IMG/VR virus record: IMGVR_UViG_3300022916_000006
Location: 1-64,000 of that record
Source: a virus
DNA: 64,000 nt
Reading direction: 5' to 3' (one strand)
Positions 19,036-29,683 of the stretch are shown one piece after another. How positions within the stretch are numbered: the first letter of the stretch is position 1; each line of letters begins with the position of its first letter. A program made the position numbers and the translations under genes. The notes under the pieces were generated by a model. It ran no database searches and was not told the origin of the DNA. It saw nothing but the letters and a program-made list of their open reading frames with translations.

Positions 19036-21552
19036 ATGTATCAAAATATACACATTACAAGATTAAAAAACGCATATAAAGTTCATCTATGGGATGATGC
19101 TGATGGATATTCAGAATATATACACAAAACATATGCATACGTAAAAAATACTAAGGGTAAATATCTATCATTATATGGTGATAAAGTTAAAAAGGTTGAC
19201 CATTGGAGTAAAGAAGACTTACAAGCAGGTAAGATATTTGAAAGTGATATCCCACCAGAAACACGAGTCTTAATTGATAAATATGGTGAATCTGATGAAG
19301 TATCAATTAATCATAGAGAATTATATTTTGATATAGAAACTGAAGTAACACAAGGATTTCCTGATAAAAATAGAGTGGATAATAAAATAACATCAATAGC
19401 ATTATATGATAAATCAAAAGATGCATATTGTGTATTTATCACATCAGAAGATAATTTAAATTATATAGAAGATAATGTAACGGTGGAATCGTTTGATACT
19501 GAAGAATTAATGTTACATCGATTTTATGAAGAATATGTGACAATATCACCTACCATATTGAGTGGTTGGAATATTGATGGATTTGATGTTCCATATTTAT
19601 ATAATAGAACGAATAGATTGTTTGGTGAAGAATATGCAAATTCACTATCTCCCATCGGAATTGTTCAATATAATGAGTATAGTGATACATATAAAATTGC
19701 AGGAGTATCTTGTTTGGATTATTTAGCATTATATAAAAAGTTTGCAATTAAACAACAATCTTCATATCAATTGGGTGCCATTGGTCAACTTGAGGTTGAC
19801 ACAGGTAAGATTGAATATAGAGGATCATTGAATGATCTATATAAAAATGATATTAAAAAGTTTATTAAATATAACTTAAATGATGTTGTAATTATTAAAA
19901 AATTAGATGATAAATTAAAATATATTGAAATTGCTATGGGTATTGCTCACATTGGACATGTGCCATATGATACCATATATCATAGTAGTAGATATCTTGA
20001 TGGTGCAATTCTTACATATTTGAAGAAAAATAATATAATAGCACCGAATAGAAAACAAATAACAAAAGAAGCTAAAGATTCACATTTCAGTGGTGCATAT
20101 GTAAAAGAACCAATTCCTGGTAGATATGATTGGGTATATGATTTGGATTTGACATCAATGTATCCAAGCATAATTATGTCATTAAATATATCACCAGAAA
20201 CTAAAATAGGTAAATTTGAAAATTGGGATGATACATCTCTCATTGATGAAAATAAAGATGATCATATATTTATAAAAACCGATGGTACTAAATATGAATT
20301 GACACATAGTAAGATGAGGGAAATACTTGATAATAACGAGATGACCATTTCATCAAATGGAGTGATGTATGATAATGATCGAGTAGGAGTGATTCCTACA
20401 ATATTGAACACTTGGTTTGATCAACGAGTGCATTATAGAAAGTTAATGGCACAATATGATGAGTCTGGTGATATTAAACAGAGAGATTTTTATGATAAAC
20501 GTCAACATGTTCAAAAGATTATATTGAATAGTTTGTATGGTGTATTAGGATTATCAGTATTTAGATTTTATGATATTGATAATGCTGAGGCAACTACATT
20601 GACTGGTCAAGCTCTTATTAAATATACTCAAAAGATGGCTAATTATTATTATAATAATGAATTGAACGATGATAAGGATCATGTAATATATACAGATACT
20701 GATTCAATATATTGTTCTGCTGTACCAATAATAAAGAATAGATTTCCTAATATAGATGTGTCAGATGATAAAATTATGACAGAAAAAATATTGGATGTAA
20801 CATCAAATGTGCAAACATTTATTAATAAAAGTTATGATATGTTTGCTGATAAACTTTTAAACTGTAAATCGCATAAATTTAACATAAAGCAAGAAGTGAT
20901 TTCAAAATCAGCATTTTGGGTTACTAAAAAAAGATATGGTCAATGGATTATAAATGATGGTGGGACTCCATGTAATAAATTAGATGTTAAAGGACTTGAT
21001 ATTGTTAAAAGTAATTTCCCAGTATCATTCAGAGGTATTATGACTAAATTGTTAAATGGGATATTAAATCATGATCCTAAATCTCAGATAGATGATATGT
21101 TATCAAATTTTAAAATGAAAATGAAAACATTACCATTAAGTGATATTGCATCTCCAACTGGAGTAAATAATATGAAAAAATTTAAACATAAACCTAGGAC
21201 AATATATAATTCAAATATGATATTCACGAAGACTAAAAAAGGAGCACCAGCTCATGTCAAAGCTGCTATAGTTTATAATGATTTATTGGAATATTTTAAA
21301 CTTACGAATATAGTACCAATTACTAGTTCAGATAAGATAAGATGGGTATATTTAATAGAAAATCCTCTAAACATAGAACAGATTGCATTTAAGGGATATG
21401 ATGACCCTGAAGAAATCATGAGTTATATTAATATGTATGTTGATCGTAATAAAATATTTAACAAATTATTGCAGAAAAAGATAGACATGTTTTATGATAG
21501 CATGAGTTGGGTATTTGTTGATACTCAAAATACATTAGAACGTTTTTTTTAA
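19036..21552 (+). CDS. Family B DNA polymerase (gp43-like)
   Basis: Exonuclease motifs FDIET and GWNIDGFDVPY; polymerase motifs DLDLTSMYPSI, KIILNSLYG, YTDTDS, KKRY; C-terminal QNTLERFF. Confidence 0.97.
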   Translation: MYQNIHITRLKNAYKVHLWDDADGYSEYIHKTYAYVKNTKGKYLSLYGDKVKKVDHWSKEDLQAGKIFESDIPPETRVLIDKYGESDEVSINHRELYFDIETEVTQGFPDKNRVDNKITSIALYDKSKDAYCVFITSEDNLNYIEDNVTVESFDTEELMLHRFYEEYVTISPTILSGWNIDGFDVPYLYNRTNRLFGEEYANSLSPIGIVQYNEYSDTYKIAGVSCLDYLALYKKFAIKQQSSYQLGAIGQLEVDTGKIEYRGSLNDLYKNDIKKFIKYNLNDVVIIKKLDDKLKYIEIAMGIAHIGHVPYDTIYHSSRYLDGAILTYLKKNNIIAPNRKQITKEAKDSHFSGAYVKEPIPGRYDWVYDLDLTSMYPSIIMSLNISPETKIGKFENWDDTSLIDENKDDHIFIKTDGTKYELTHSKMREILDNNEMTISSNGVMYDNDRVGVIPTILNTWFDQRVHYRKLMAQYDESGDIKQRDFYDKRQHVQKIILNSLYGVLGLSVFRFYDIDNAEATTLTGQALIKYTQKMANYYYNNELNDDKDHVIYTDTDSIYCSAVPIIKNRFPNIDVSDDKIMTEKILDVTSNVQTFINKSYDMFADKLLNCKSHKFNIKQEVISKSAFWVTKKRYGQWIINDGGTPCNKLDVKGLDIVKSNFPVSFRGIMTKLLNGILNHDPKSQIDDMLSNFKMKMKTLPLSDIASPTGVNNMKKFKHKPRTIYNSNMIFTKTKKGAPAHVKAAIVYNDLLEYFKLTNIVPITSSDKIRWVYLIENPLNIEQIAFKGYDDPEEIMSYINMYVDRNKIFNKLLQKKIDMFYDSMSWVFVDTQNTLERFF

Positions 21553-21565
21553 AAAAGGAGTTAAC

Positions 21566-22093
21566 ATGATAAAATATAACATAGCAAAAGAATTTAACTT
21601 TGATTATGGGCATAGGGTATGGCCTCAAAAACTAAATTCTGAATTTAGCTTAGATTGTGAATTGGCGTGTAGACATTTACATGGACATAGAGGTACTGTA
21701 ATTGTTCACTTAGAATCAGAGGAGTTGGATAACCAAGGAATGGTGACTGATTTTCATCATTTAAATTGGTTTAAGAAGTTCCTAGATGATGCAATTGATC
21801 ATAAATTTATATTGGATAGAAATGATCCGTTGTTACTTGATTTATTTCCACTATTGGTATTGGAGGAAATGAAAGAATATGCAGTAGCTAACTTAAATGA
21901 TGTACCAGTATTATTGTGGGAAATATATGAAGGATTAGTTATAGTTGATTTTATACCAACTTCAGAAAATATGGCAAAGTGGTTATTAGATATTGTTAGC
22001 CATAAAATGAAACCATTATCTGTATTGGTATCTCATATAGAATTTTTTGAAACACCAAAATCACAAAGTGTATGTTATCAAGGAACTATGTAA
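21566..22093 (+). CDS. queD: 6-carboxy-5,6,7,8-tetrahydropterin synthase
   Basis: FDYGHRV, CRHLHGH, DFHHL, DHKFI, PTSEN, ETPKS. Confidence 0.92.
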   Translation: MIKYNIAKEFNFDYGHRVWPQKLNSEFSLDCELACRHLHGHRGTVIVHLESEELDNQGMVTDFHHLNWFKKFLDDAIDHKFILDRNDPLLLDLFPLLVLEEMKEYAVANLNDVPVLLWEIYEGLVIVDFIPTSENMAKWLLDIVSHKMKPLSVLVSHIEFFETPKSQSVCYQGTM

Positions 22094-22840
22094 ATGAATT
22101 ATAATGATATTATTCCCGTAAATGAAGTGTATCCATGTATACAAGGTGAGGGTAGATTAATTGGTGTTCCTCATCTTTTAATCAGAACTACTGGATGTAG
22201 ATTGAAATGTCAATTCTCTGGAGGATCATTTTGTGATACACCATATAGTAGTTGGAATCCTGAAAAGGGTAAATTCTCATTAAATAATATAGTTGATATA
22301 TATAAGGAATTTCCTAATATACGTCATACTATGATAACTGGTGGAGCTCCAACTTTACATTCAAAGTTATTACAAGAATTATGTACAATTGGAAAAGAAT
22401 TTGGGCACTATATTACAATTGAAACAGAGGGTAGTGAATATGTATATACTAAAGCTGATTTGATATCATTATCACCAAAACTATCAAATTCAATTCCAAT
22501 ACCTGGATCAAAAATGGGACAACAAACTGTGACAGATAATGATAGACGGCAACACGTTAAATGGTATAGAAATATAGAAGCTATGAAGGATTTAATAAAA
22601 CACCATCATGATTATCAAATTAAACCAGTAATTTCACAACAATCAGATTTGAATGAGGTTGAAGAATTATTGAAAGAATTAGATGTAGCAAAATGTAAAG
22701 TATATCTAATGCCAGAAGGATTGACTAAAGATCAATTGGAGAGTAGAAGAAAGTGGTTAATACAATTGTGTATTGATCGTGGTTATAATTTCACTGATAG
22801 GCTACATATAATAGCTTATGGTGATAAACGAGGAGTTTAA
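22094..22840 (+). CDS. queE: 7-carboxy-7-deazaguanine synthase (radical SAM)
   Basis: IQGEG, IRTTGCRLKC...FCDT, ITGG, IETEG, LSPKL, RLHI. Confidence 0.92.
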   Translation: MNYNDIIPVNEVYPCIQGEGRLIGVPHLLIRTTGCRLKCQFSGGSFCDTPYSSWNPEKGKFSLNNIVDIYKEFPNIRHTMITGGAPTLHSKLLQELCTIGKEFGHYITIETEGSEYVYTKADLISLSPKLSNSIPIPGSKMGQQTVTDNDRRQHVKWYRNIEAMKDLIKHHHDYQIKPVISQQSDLNEVEELLKELDVAKCKVYLMPEGLTKDQLESRRKWLIQLCIDRGYNFTDRLHIIAYGDKRGV

Positions 22841-22841
22841 T

Positions 22842-23456
22842 ATGGGAACAAAGAAACCATCAAGTAATAAATTATTTAATAAACAATTTTCAAAGGGTAA
22901 AGTAGGTGAAGAATATTTTGAACATGTAATAGCTAAAGATTATTTTGATGAATTATACATGTATAATGATTTTAATAATCCTGTTGACAGGCGATATCAG
23001 ATTGATGGCATAGATGGGTATATAAAGGATAATAAGTGGGATAACAAATATTTTATAGAGATTAAAAGTAATTTGACATATAATCCAATACTTAAAGATT
23101 TTTCAGCTTGTTTAGAATTTAATAAGTGGGATATAAGTGAACAACAACATCATGGAAATGATGAGGAAGAGGGATATATTCAGGATTCAAAGGCACATCG
23201 AATTTATCATCTGGAAGTGATAAATACGAAAAATACAAAATCAGGATTTGTGGGCACTGGAAATTGGGTATATTATGATTTACCAACGATGAGAAATTTT
23301 ATACACCGTGAATGGAATAAACCAAAGGCAACAAATTGGATACGTGCCCTATCGTTTGTTGGAGGATATAATTCTAATTATGCAAGATTAATTTCAATGT
23401 CAGTAAAGGATTCTAGGTTCCCACTTCACAATAAGCGGTCTATAACATACAGATGA
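22842..23456 (+). CDS. Putative PD-(D/E)XK nuclease within the deazaguanine cluster
   Basis: GKVGEEYF...QIDGIDGYI...FIEIKSN follows the E..D..ExK layout. Start reassigned to ATG 22842, which follows an AGGAG RBS. Confidence 0.5.
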   Translation: MGTKKPSSNKLFNKQFSKGKVGEEYFEHVIAKDYFDELYMYNDFNNPVDRRYQIDGIDGYIKDNKWDNKYFIEIKSNLTYNPILKDFSACLEFNKWDISEQQHHGNDEEEGYIQDSKAHRIYHLEVINTKNTKSGFVGTGNWVYYDLPTMRNFIHREWNKPKATNWIRALSFVGGYNSNYARLISMSVKDSRFPLHNKRSITYR

Positions 23457-24079
23457 TAAAAAAAATAAAAAGTAATGAAAATATAATTAGATCAACATCA
23501 GATCGAGATGAGATGTTGTTGGATGCTACTAAATATTATGGTAAGTTTCTTGATAGTTTGGGATTCGATTGGAAACATGACCCTAATATGATGGATACTC
23601 CAAATCGTGTAGCTAAAATGTTCATTGATGAATTGTATGCTGGAAGTTTTAATGCACCACCAAATATAACAGCATTTGATAATGTAGATGGATATGATGG
23701 TATGGTGTTTCAAGGAAATATTAAGATGCAATCTACTTGTAGTCATCATGCAGTTCCGTTTGTTGGAGTTGCCCATATAGCATATATCCCATCAGCTGAT
23801 GGTAAAATAATAGGTTTGAGTAAATTAAATAGGATTGTTGAATATTATGCAAGAAGACCACAAGTTCAAGAAAACTTAACTATGCAAATACATTCACATG
23901 TTGATCAAATGTGTGAGGGAAATATAGGAGTAGCTGTTATGATAGAAGCAAATCATATGTGTGTGCAAGTGCGTGGGGTGGAACATGATTCTATAATGAA
24001 GACTACTAAATTATCAAAAAGATTCTTAACAGAAGATAAAGTATTAAATGAACTTTATCAATTTATAAATGGACAATAA
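23453..24079 (+). CDS. folE: GTP cyclohydrolase I
   Basis: [32 protein letters not shown]. Confidence 0.95.
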   Translation: MIKKIKSNENIIRSTSDRDEMLLDATKYYGKFLDSLGFDWKHDPNMMDTPNRVAKMFIDELYAGSFNAPPNITAFDNVDGYDGMVFQGNIKMQSTCSHHAVPFVGVAHIAYIPSADGKIIGLSKLNRIVEYYARRPQVQENLTMQIHSHVDQMCEGNIGVAVMIEANHMCVQVRGVEHDSIMKTTKLSKRFLTEDKVLNELYQFINGQ

Positions 24080-24082
24080 TAA

Positions 24083-24745
24083 ATGAGTAAAATTAAGAAA
24101 GTAATTATATATTCTGGTGGATTAGATTCATATACGATGTTGATGGATTTATTGTATAAAAACAAATCTATATCAGCCATATCATTTGATTATGGACAGC
24201 GACATGATAAAGAACTTGAGTTTGCTAAACGAGTGTGTAGTAAACATGATATTGAGCATATAGTTGTTGACATAAATTCAATAAATAAACTAATGCAAGG
24301 ATCATCATTAACATCTGATATTGATATACCAGAAGGACATTATGAAGATGAAAACATGAAATCGACAGTTGTACCAAATAGAAACATGATCTTCATATCG
24401 CTTGCAACAGCCTATGCTGTGTCAATAGGGGCGAATGAAGTGTGGACTGGTGTACATGCTGGAGATCATGCGATATACCCTGATTGTCGGGGTGAATTTA
24501 TTGATAAAATAAATGAAGTTACTAAAATTTCAAATTATGAATCTGTTGAAGTAAAAGCTCCATTTATTGAAATGTCTAAAATAGGTATAGTAGATATTGG
24601 TAAACGATTGGGAATTGATTATTCTGATGCATGGACCTGTTATAAGGGTAATGAATTTGCATGTGGAAAGTGTGGATCATGTCAGGAAAGACTTGAAGCA
24701 TTTGATCAAAATGACATTAAGGATCCGATGAGATATGAAACATAA
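24083..24745 (+). CDS. queC: 7-cyano-7-deazaguanine (preQ0) synthase
   Basis: SGGLDS, YGQRH, VPNRN, YPDC, CY...[10 protein letters not shown]. Confidence 0.95.
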   Translation: MSKIKKVIIYSGGLDSYTMLMDLLYKNKSISAISFDYGQRHDKELEFAKRVCSKHDIEHIVVDINSINKLMQGSSLTSDIDIPEGHYEDENMKSTVVPNRNMIFISLATAYAVSIGANEVWTGVHAGDHAIYPDCRGEFIDKINEVTKISNYESVEVKAPFIEMSKIGIVDIGKRLGIDYSDAWTCYKGNEFACGKCGSCQERLEAFDQNDIKDPMRYET

Positions 24746-25421
24746 TTCTGGTGATGAAAAGTTAATACCAATGTTAGAATGGGGAGTACCAGCTGATATT
24801 CAAGGAAGTGATGAAATTGTTTTAAATTCACCAATAATGATCAAGGCACAAGAAAAGATTATTGAATTATTTAAACCAAAAAGTAATACTGCATTTGTTT
24901 CATTATGTACTTCAACTAGACCATATTCATCAGGAAGAAAATGGAACAAATTCATAAAAGAATTTAATGATGTTGATTTTATAATATCATCAAATGGTGG
25001 TGTAATTCCCATTGAATATGAAAATTCATATCCATATTTGACTTATGATGCACATGGTACGATAGAATATGATGAGGTATATAAATTATATACGACAAGA
25101 AATTTAATAAGATTTTTTATACTTAAAAAATATGAGAATATAGTATTTAATTTCAGACCTAATTTAAGAAATAGTAAATCTGCAAAAATTGCTGGGGATT
25201 ATCTTTTTGAAAAAGGACATATAAAAAGTTATTGCATTATACCAAATATTGATTTGTATAATGAGGCACAGAATGATGGATTTACAAAACTTGGATTGTC
25301 AATGTATCCAGATTTACATCCAATAATATTGACAAAATTAAAAGAATCAGTGATTAAATATACAAAAAATACAACGATAAAAAAAGAAAAGGATGAAAAT
25401 GATATTAATTTATTTTGGTGA
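24735..25421 (+). CDS. ArcS-like (DUF5591-type) protein, possible archaeosine-forming amidinotransferase
   Basis: [17 protein letters not shown] resembles the ArcS LPCSxxKPYS motif; lies between queC and dpdA. Confidence 0.55.
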   Translation: MKHNSGDEKLIPMLEWGVPADIQGSDEIVLNSPIMIKAQEKIIELFKPKSNTAFVSLCTSTRPYSSGRKWNKFIKEFNDVDFIISSNGGVIPIEYENSYPYLTYDAHGTIEYDEVYKLYTTRNLIRFFILKKYENIVFNFRPNLRNSKSAKIAGDYLFEKGHIKSYCIIPNIDLYNEAQNDGFTKLGLSMYPDLHPIILTKLKESVIKYTKNTTIKKEKDENDINLFW

Positions 25422-25456
25422 ACTATCAATCAAAACTCACACTGGAGGAAGATATA

Positions 25457-26647
25457 ATGAGTAACTTTATTTATATACCATCATTCTTTTCTGGTGAATA
25501 TGGTGGGACTATGAAAAAGAATTTTAGATTTTCTAAATCTAATATGACATGTAGATATTATGCTGATGATTTTCCAGAAAAATATCAACATAAATATGCT
25601 TTGATTAGTGCAGGTGCAAATTCATCAAAAACATATAGACACGACTTGGGATTAGACAATTCATTTGTGTTGGGTGATTCTGGTGGTTATCAAATAGCGT
25701 CTGGTGCAATGAAGTGGGATATTAAACATAGAGATAGAATTTTTAACTGGTTAGAAACTAACTCAGATGTTGCTATTAATTTGGACATTCCACCACGAAT
25801 GAAATATGCTGGTAAATTTAATGAATGTTTGGATATTAGTAAAGATAATTTTAAATATTTTTATGAAAATCAAACTGGAAATACTAAATTTTTAAATGTA
25901 TTGCAAGGTGAAAATGAACTATCTTATTTAAATTGGTATAATGGTGTGAAAGATTTCCAGTTTAATGGATGGAGTATTGGAGGAGTTCGGGGTAATTTAT
26001 ATAGAATGTTATCAGGCATATATACTTTAATTAACAATAAAGAACATTTGAATCTTAATAATGATTATTTTCATATATTGGGGGCATCTAGGGTTAGAGA
26101 CTTTTTAATGTTAATTCAATTGCAAAAATCACTTGAGGATATTGGATCAAATATAACGGTTACTACAGATAGTTCAACACCAGATAGGCACGTAGTGTAT
26201 GGATTATATTTCATTAATTATAGCATTAAGCATGAAAATTTAGATGCTATTACGTTTCCAAATGGAAGCAATAATCCAGATATTATTGATTGGTTTAAGA
26301 CAACGAATCAAACTATACCCAAATTTACAGAATTTGATAATATAATAGGGGAAGAATTTTCATGGAAAGATGTTGCTGATTGGAATTTAGATTGTAAGAT
26401 TGGTATGAGATTGCATAATTTTTATTTATTAAAAGATGCAATTCAAGCAATTACTTGGTTAGTGTATGGGCATGATTACATATTGAAACAAAGTATAAAT
26501 TCTAATACATATAAAATTTTACAGTCAATTGATGAGATGGTGAAATCAAGTAATCCAACAAAGATATTTGAAAAATATAAACCATTATATATGAAATTAA
26601 GTAATATGTCAATTAAAACTGATGTTAAAAATCACGATTTTTTTTAA
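25457..26647 (+). CDS. dpdA: DNA 7-deazaguanine transglycosylase (TGT fold)
   Basis: LGDSGGYQ, NLDIPP, NVLQG, WSIGG, HILG, TTDSS; next to preQ0 genes. Start reassigned to ATG 25457, which follows a GGAGG RBS. Confidence 0.8.
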   Translation: MSNFIYIPSFFSGEYGGTMKKNFRFSKSNMTCRYYADDFPEKYQHKYALISAGANSSKTYRHDLGLDNSFVLGDSGGYQIASGAMKWDIKHRDRIFNWLETNSDVAINLDIPPRMKYAGKFNECLDISKDNFKYFYENQTGNTKFLNVLQGENELSYLNWYNGVKDFQFNGWSIGGVRGNLYRMLSGIYTLINNKEHLNLNNDYFHILGASRVRDFLMLIQLQKSLEDIGSNITVTTDSSTPDRHVVYGLYFINYSIKHENLDAITFPNGSNNPDIIDWFKTTNQTIPKFTEFDNIIGEEFSWKDVADWNLDCKIGMRLHNFYLLKDAIQAITWLVYGHDYILKQSINSNTYKILQSIDEMVKSSNPTKIFEKYKPLYMKLSNMSIKTDVKNHDFF

Positions 26648-26664
26648 AGAAAGAGGAAAGTTAA

Positions 26665-27390
26665 ATGCAGAAAAATAAATTAGATACGTTCATTCAAAAA
26701 TATAATTTGGGTGGAACTATAAATAGTGTAAAATGGATGTCAGATGGGTCCAGATTGATAACCAAATTTATGAGTGAAGACAAGTCATTGATGGGGAAAG
26801 TATGTTTAGATAATTTTAAATTTGATCCCGTGGAGATAGGGATATATCAAACTGATCAATTGAAATCATTATTGGGAGTATTGGGGGATGATATAAATTT
26901 AACATTAGTTAAAGTTGACGATAAACCAGTAGCACTTAAAATAAAGCATAAATCAACTTCAATAGATTATATGTTAACTGATACTGATATAATAGATGAT
27001 CCACCTAATATGAAACAGATTCCAAACTTTGAAACAAAAATTAAATTAAATAGTGATTTTATTTCTACATTCATTAAAGGCAAAAATGCATTATCTGATG
27101 TAAATACATGTACACTTATTGATAATACTGATACTAAAAGTGTTGATGTTGTTATTGGATTCTCATCTATTAATACTAATCGAATTAATATTGCTACTGA
27201 AACATTAATTAATGGAATTGATGATAATATATCGTTTAATGCTAATTTATTTAAAGAAATATTAATAGCAAATAAGGAATGTAAATCAGCCATTTTGGAA
27301 ATATCAAATAAGGGATTATTAAAAATTCAATTTAAAACTGATGATTATACATCTAATTATATGGTAGTTGCTACTCAAAATATAGGATAA
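26665..27390 (+). CDS. DNA sliding clamp (gp45-like)
   Basis: Size of 241 aa, FIQKYNLGG..NSVKW N-terminus, IGIYQTDQLKSLL; near the clamp loader genes. Confidence 0.75.
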   Translation: MQKNKLDTFIQKYNLGGTINSVKWMSDGSRLITKFMSEDKSLMGKVCLDNFKFDPVEIGIYQTDQLKSLLGVLGDDINLTLVKVDDKPVALKIKHKSTSIDYMLTDTDIIDDPPNMKQIPNFETKIKLNSDFISTFIKGKNALSDVNTCTLIDNTDTKSVDVVIGFSSINTNRINIATETLINGIDDNISFNANLFKEILIANKECKSAILEISNKGLLKIQFKTDDYTSNYMVVATQNIG

Positions 27391-27394
27391 TGTA

Positions 27395-28750
27395 ATGAAT
27401 AATGATGATAAACAATCATTTATTATCCACAATGGTAATTGTTTGGATGTTATGAAAACTATGGAGGATAATTCAGTGGATTCCATTGTAACTGATCCAC
27501 CATATGGATTGGTTGGAGTTTCACGAAATGGTAGTAGCCAACCTGGAGATTTAGAAACTCCATATGGTAGAAGTGGGCCAAGCAAGAAACGAGGATTTAT
27601 GGGGTTTGAATGGGATGGACAAATACCTTCAGTTGAAATATGGAAAGAATGTTTGAGAGTGTTAAAACCTGGAGGTCATTTATTATCATTCGCTGGAACT
27701 AGAACACAACATAGAATGGCAGTAAATATTGAAGATGCTGGATTTGAAATTAGAGATATGATTTCATGGGTGTATGGTAGTGGATTTCCTAAGAGTCATA
27801 ATATAAGTAAAGCAATTGATAAAATGGCTGGAGTAAAAAGAGAAGTTATTGGTCAAAATCAAGTTATTTTAAATAAACAAAAGAAAGAGTTTGAGTGTGG
27901 TATTCGTAATGTGAAATCTGTCATGAATAAAGGAGCACCAGAAAGGAATAATGGATTTGTAACATTATCTGCTGATATTACTAAACCAGCTACTCCAAAC
28001 GCAATCCAATGGGAAGGTTGGGGTACTGCATTAAAACCAGCATTTGAACCAATTACAGTAGCAAGAAAACCAGTATCAGAAAAGACTATTGCAAAGAATG
28101 TATTAAAACATGGTACAGGTGGGATTAATATTGATGGGTGTAGGATTGAATTAAATGGTGATTATAAATGTAAAGCTAACGGGAGACCGTCACAAACTGG
28201 GTTATCTGATAATTATAATTCAGAACAAGCAAATCAACAAGATACAAAAGGTAGATTTCCAGCTAATTTTATTCATGATGGTAGTGATGAAGTTGAAGAA
28301 TTGTTCCCTAATACGAAAAGTGGTGCGATAAAAAAAGGAACGTTAGCTGGCACAAATAATAATTTATATGGTGCTTATAAAGGATATAAAAGTGAAGAAT
28401 TTAAAAAGAGTGAAGGTTCAGCATCAAGATTTTTCTATTGTGCAAAAACTAGTAAAACAGATAGAAATGAAGGATTGGATGATCAATTAAATAATCATCC
28501 TACGGTTAAACCAACTAAACTTATGCAATATCTTGTAAGATTAGTAACTCAGCCAAATGGTATTGTATTGGACCCATTTATGGGAAGTGGATCAACTGGT
28601 AAGGCATGTAAATTGGAAGGATTCAACTTCATTGGTATTGATTTAGATGAAAATTATTGTGAAATTGCTGAAGCTAGAATAAAATTAGCAGAAATATCAT
28701 ATAAAAATGAAGAAATAAAAAAACAAAATACATTAGAAAGGTTTATGTAA
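27395..28750 (+). CDS. DNA adenine-N6/cytosine-N4 methyltransferase (beta class)
   Basis: DPPY catalytic motif precedes the LDPFMGSGSTG SAM-binding motif; HPTVKP; C-terminal QNTLERFM. Confidence 0.93.
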   Translation: MNNDDKQSFIIHNGNCLDVMKTMEDNSVDSIVTDPPYGLVGVSRNGSSQPGDLETPYGRSGPSKKRGFMGFEWDGQIPSVEIWKECLRVLKPGGHLLSFAGTRTQHRMAVNIEDAGFEIRDMISWVYGSGFPKSHNISKAIDKMAGVKREVIGQNQVILNKQKKEFECGIRNVKSVMNKGAPERNNGFVTLSADITKPATPNAIQWEGWGTALKPAFEPITVARKPVSEKTIAKNVLKHGTGGINIDGCRIELNGDYKCKANGRPSQTGLSDNYNSEQANQQDTKGRFPANFIHDGSDEVEELFPNTKSGAIKKGTLAGTNNNLYGAYKGYKSEEFKKSEGSASRFFYCAKTSKTDRNEGLDDQLNNHPTVKPTKLMQYLVRLVTQPNGIVLDPFMGSGSTGKACKLEGFNFIGIDLDENYCEIAEARIKLAEISYKNEEIKKQNTLERFM

Positions 28751-28752
28751 AA

Positions 28753-29682
28753 ATGAATAATAATAATAACAATAACGATCATACATTATGGGCTGAAAAA
28801 TATAGACCTGTTAACTTGGATACTTACATTGGTAATCAACATTTGAAAGATAAAGTAACTAGATATATTAAGAGTGGAGATGTTCCACATTTATTACTAT
28901 ATGGTGTGGCTGGTACTGGTAAAACAACATTAGCTAAAATCATTGCAAATTGTATTGCATGTGATAAGTTATATATAAATGCAAGTGATGAAAATAATGT
29001 TGATAATGTTCGAACTAAAATAAAGAACTTTGCATCGACTATTGGATTTCAAGATTTGAAAATTGTTATATTAGATGAAAGTGATTTTCTTACACCAAAT
29101 GCACAAGCGGCATTAAGAAATCTAATGGAAACATTTTCTAAACATTGTAGATTTATATTAACATGCAATTATGTTGAACGCATAATTGATCCAATACAAT
29201 CCAGATGTCAATCTTATAAAATCATACCACCATCAAAACGAGATGTTGGAATGCATATGGTTAAAATGTTAGATGCTGAAGGTGTTAAATATGAGATGGG
29301 TGATATTGCAGAAATAATACATGTGAGTTATCCTGATATTCGTAGAGTGATAAACTCAACACAACGACAAGTAATAGATGGTGGGTTAATTATAGATAAA
29401 ACATCAATCATTCAAAATGATTATAAAAATAAGCTATTAGATTTGATTAAATCAAATGCAAAACTATCAGAAATACGACAATTGATTGTTGATACCAATC
29501 TATCAGATTATACAGATTTATATAGATTCTTATATGACAAGTTAGATGAGTTTTCAAATGGTCAGGATGTTGGTTGCATATTAGCATTAGCAGATGGTCA
29601 ATATCATGATAGTTTTGTAGCTGATCATGAAATTAATTTTATGGCAACGATGGTGAAGTTGTTAGAAGTTATTAGGATTTAA
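28753..29682 (+). CDS. Clamp loader large subunit (RFC/gp44-like)
   Basis: LWAEKYRP, GVAGTGKT, INASD, ILDESD, FILTCN, IQSRC. Confidence 0.95.
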   Translation: MNNNNNNNDHTLWAEKYRPVNLDTYIGNQHLKDKVTRYIKSGDVPHLLLYGVAGTGKTTLAKIIANCIACDKLYINASDENNVDNVRTKIKNFASTIGFQDLKIVILDESDFLTPNAQAALRNLMETFSKHCRFILTCNYVERIIDPIQSRCQSYKIIPPSKRDVGMHMVKMLDAEGVKYEMGDIAEIIHVSYPDIRRVINSTQRQVIDGGLIIDKTSIIQNDYKNKLLDLIKSNAKLSEIRQLIVDTNLSDYTDLYRFLYDKLDEFSNGQDVGCILALADGQYHDSFVADHEINFMATMVKLLEVIRI

Positions 29683-29683
29683 T

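Noticed and set aside
16241-21552. Inteins or introns in nrdJ and polB (also checked in recA and the helicase)
   Set aside because: Protein lengths are ordinary and the catalytic motifs are contiguous, with no C/S...HN-C/S/T insertion.
28753-28779. Poly-Asn/AAT microsatellite at the clamp loader N-terminus (MNNNNNNND)
   Set aside because: It is a short low-complexity run expected in AT-rich DNA, with no sign of a phase-variation role.
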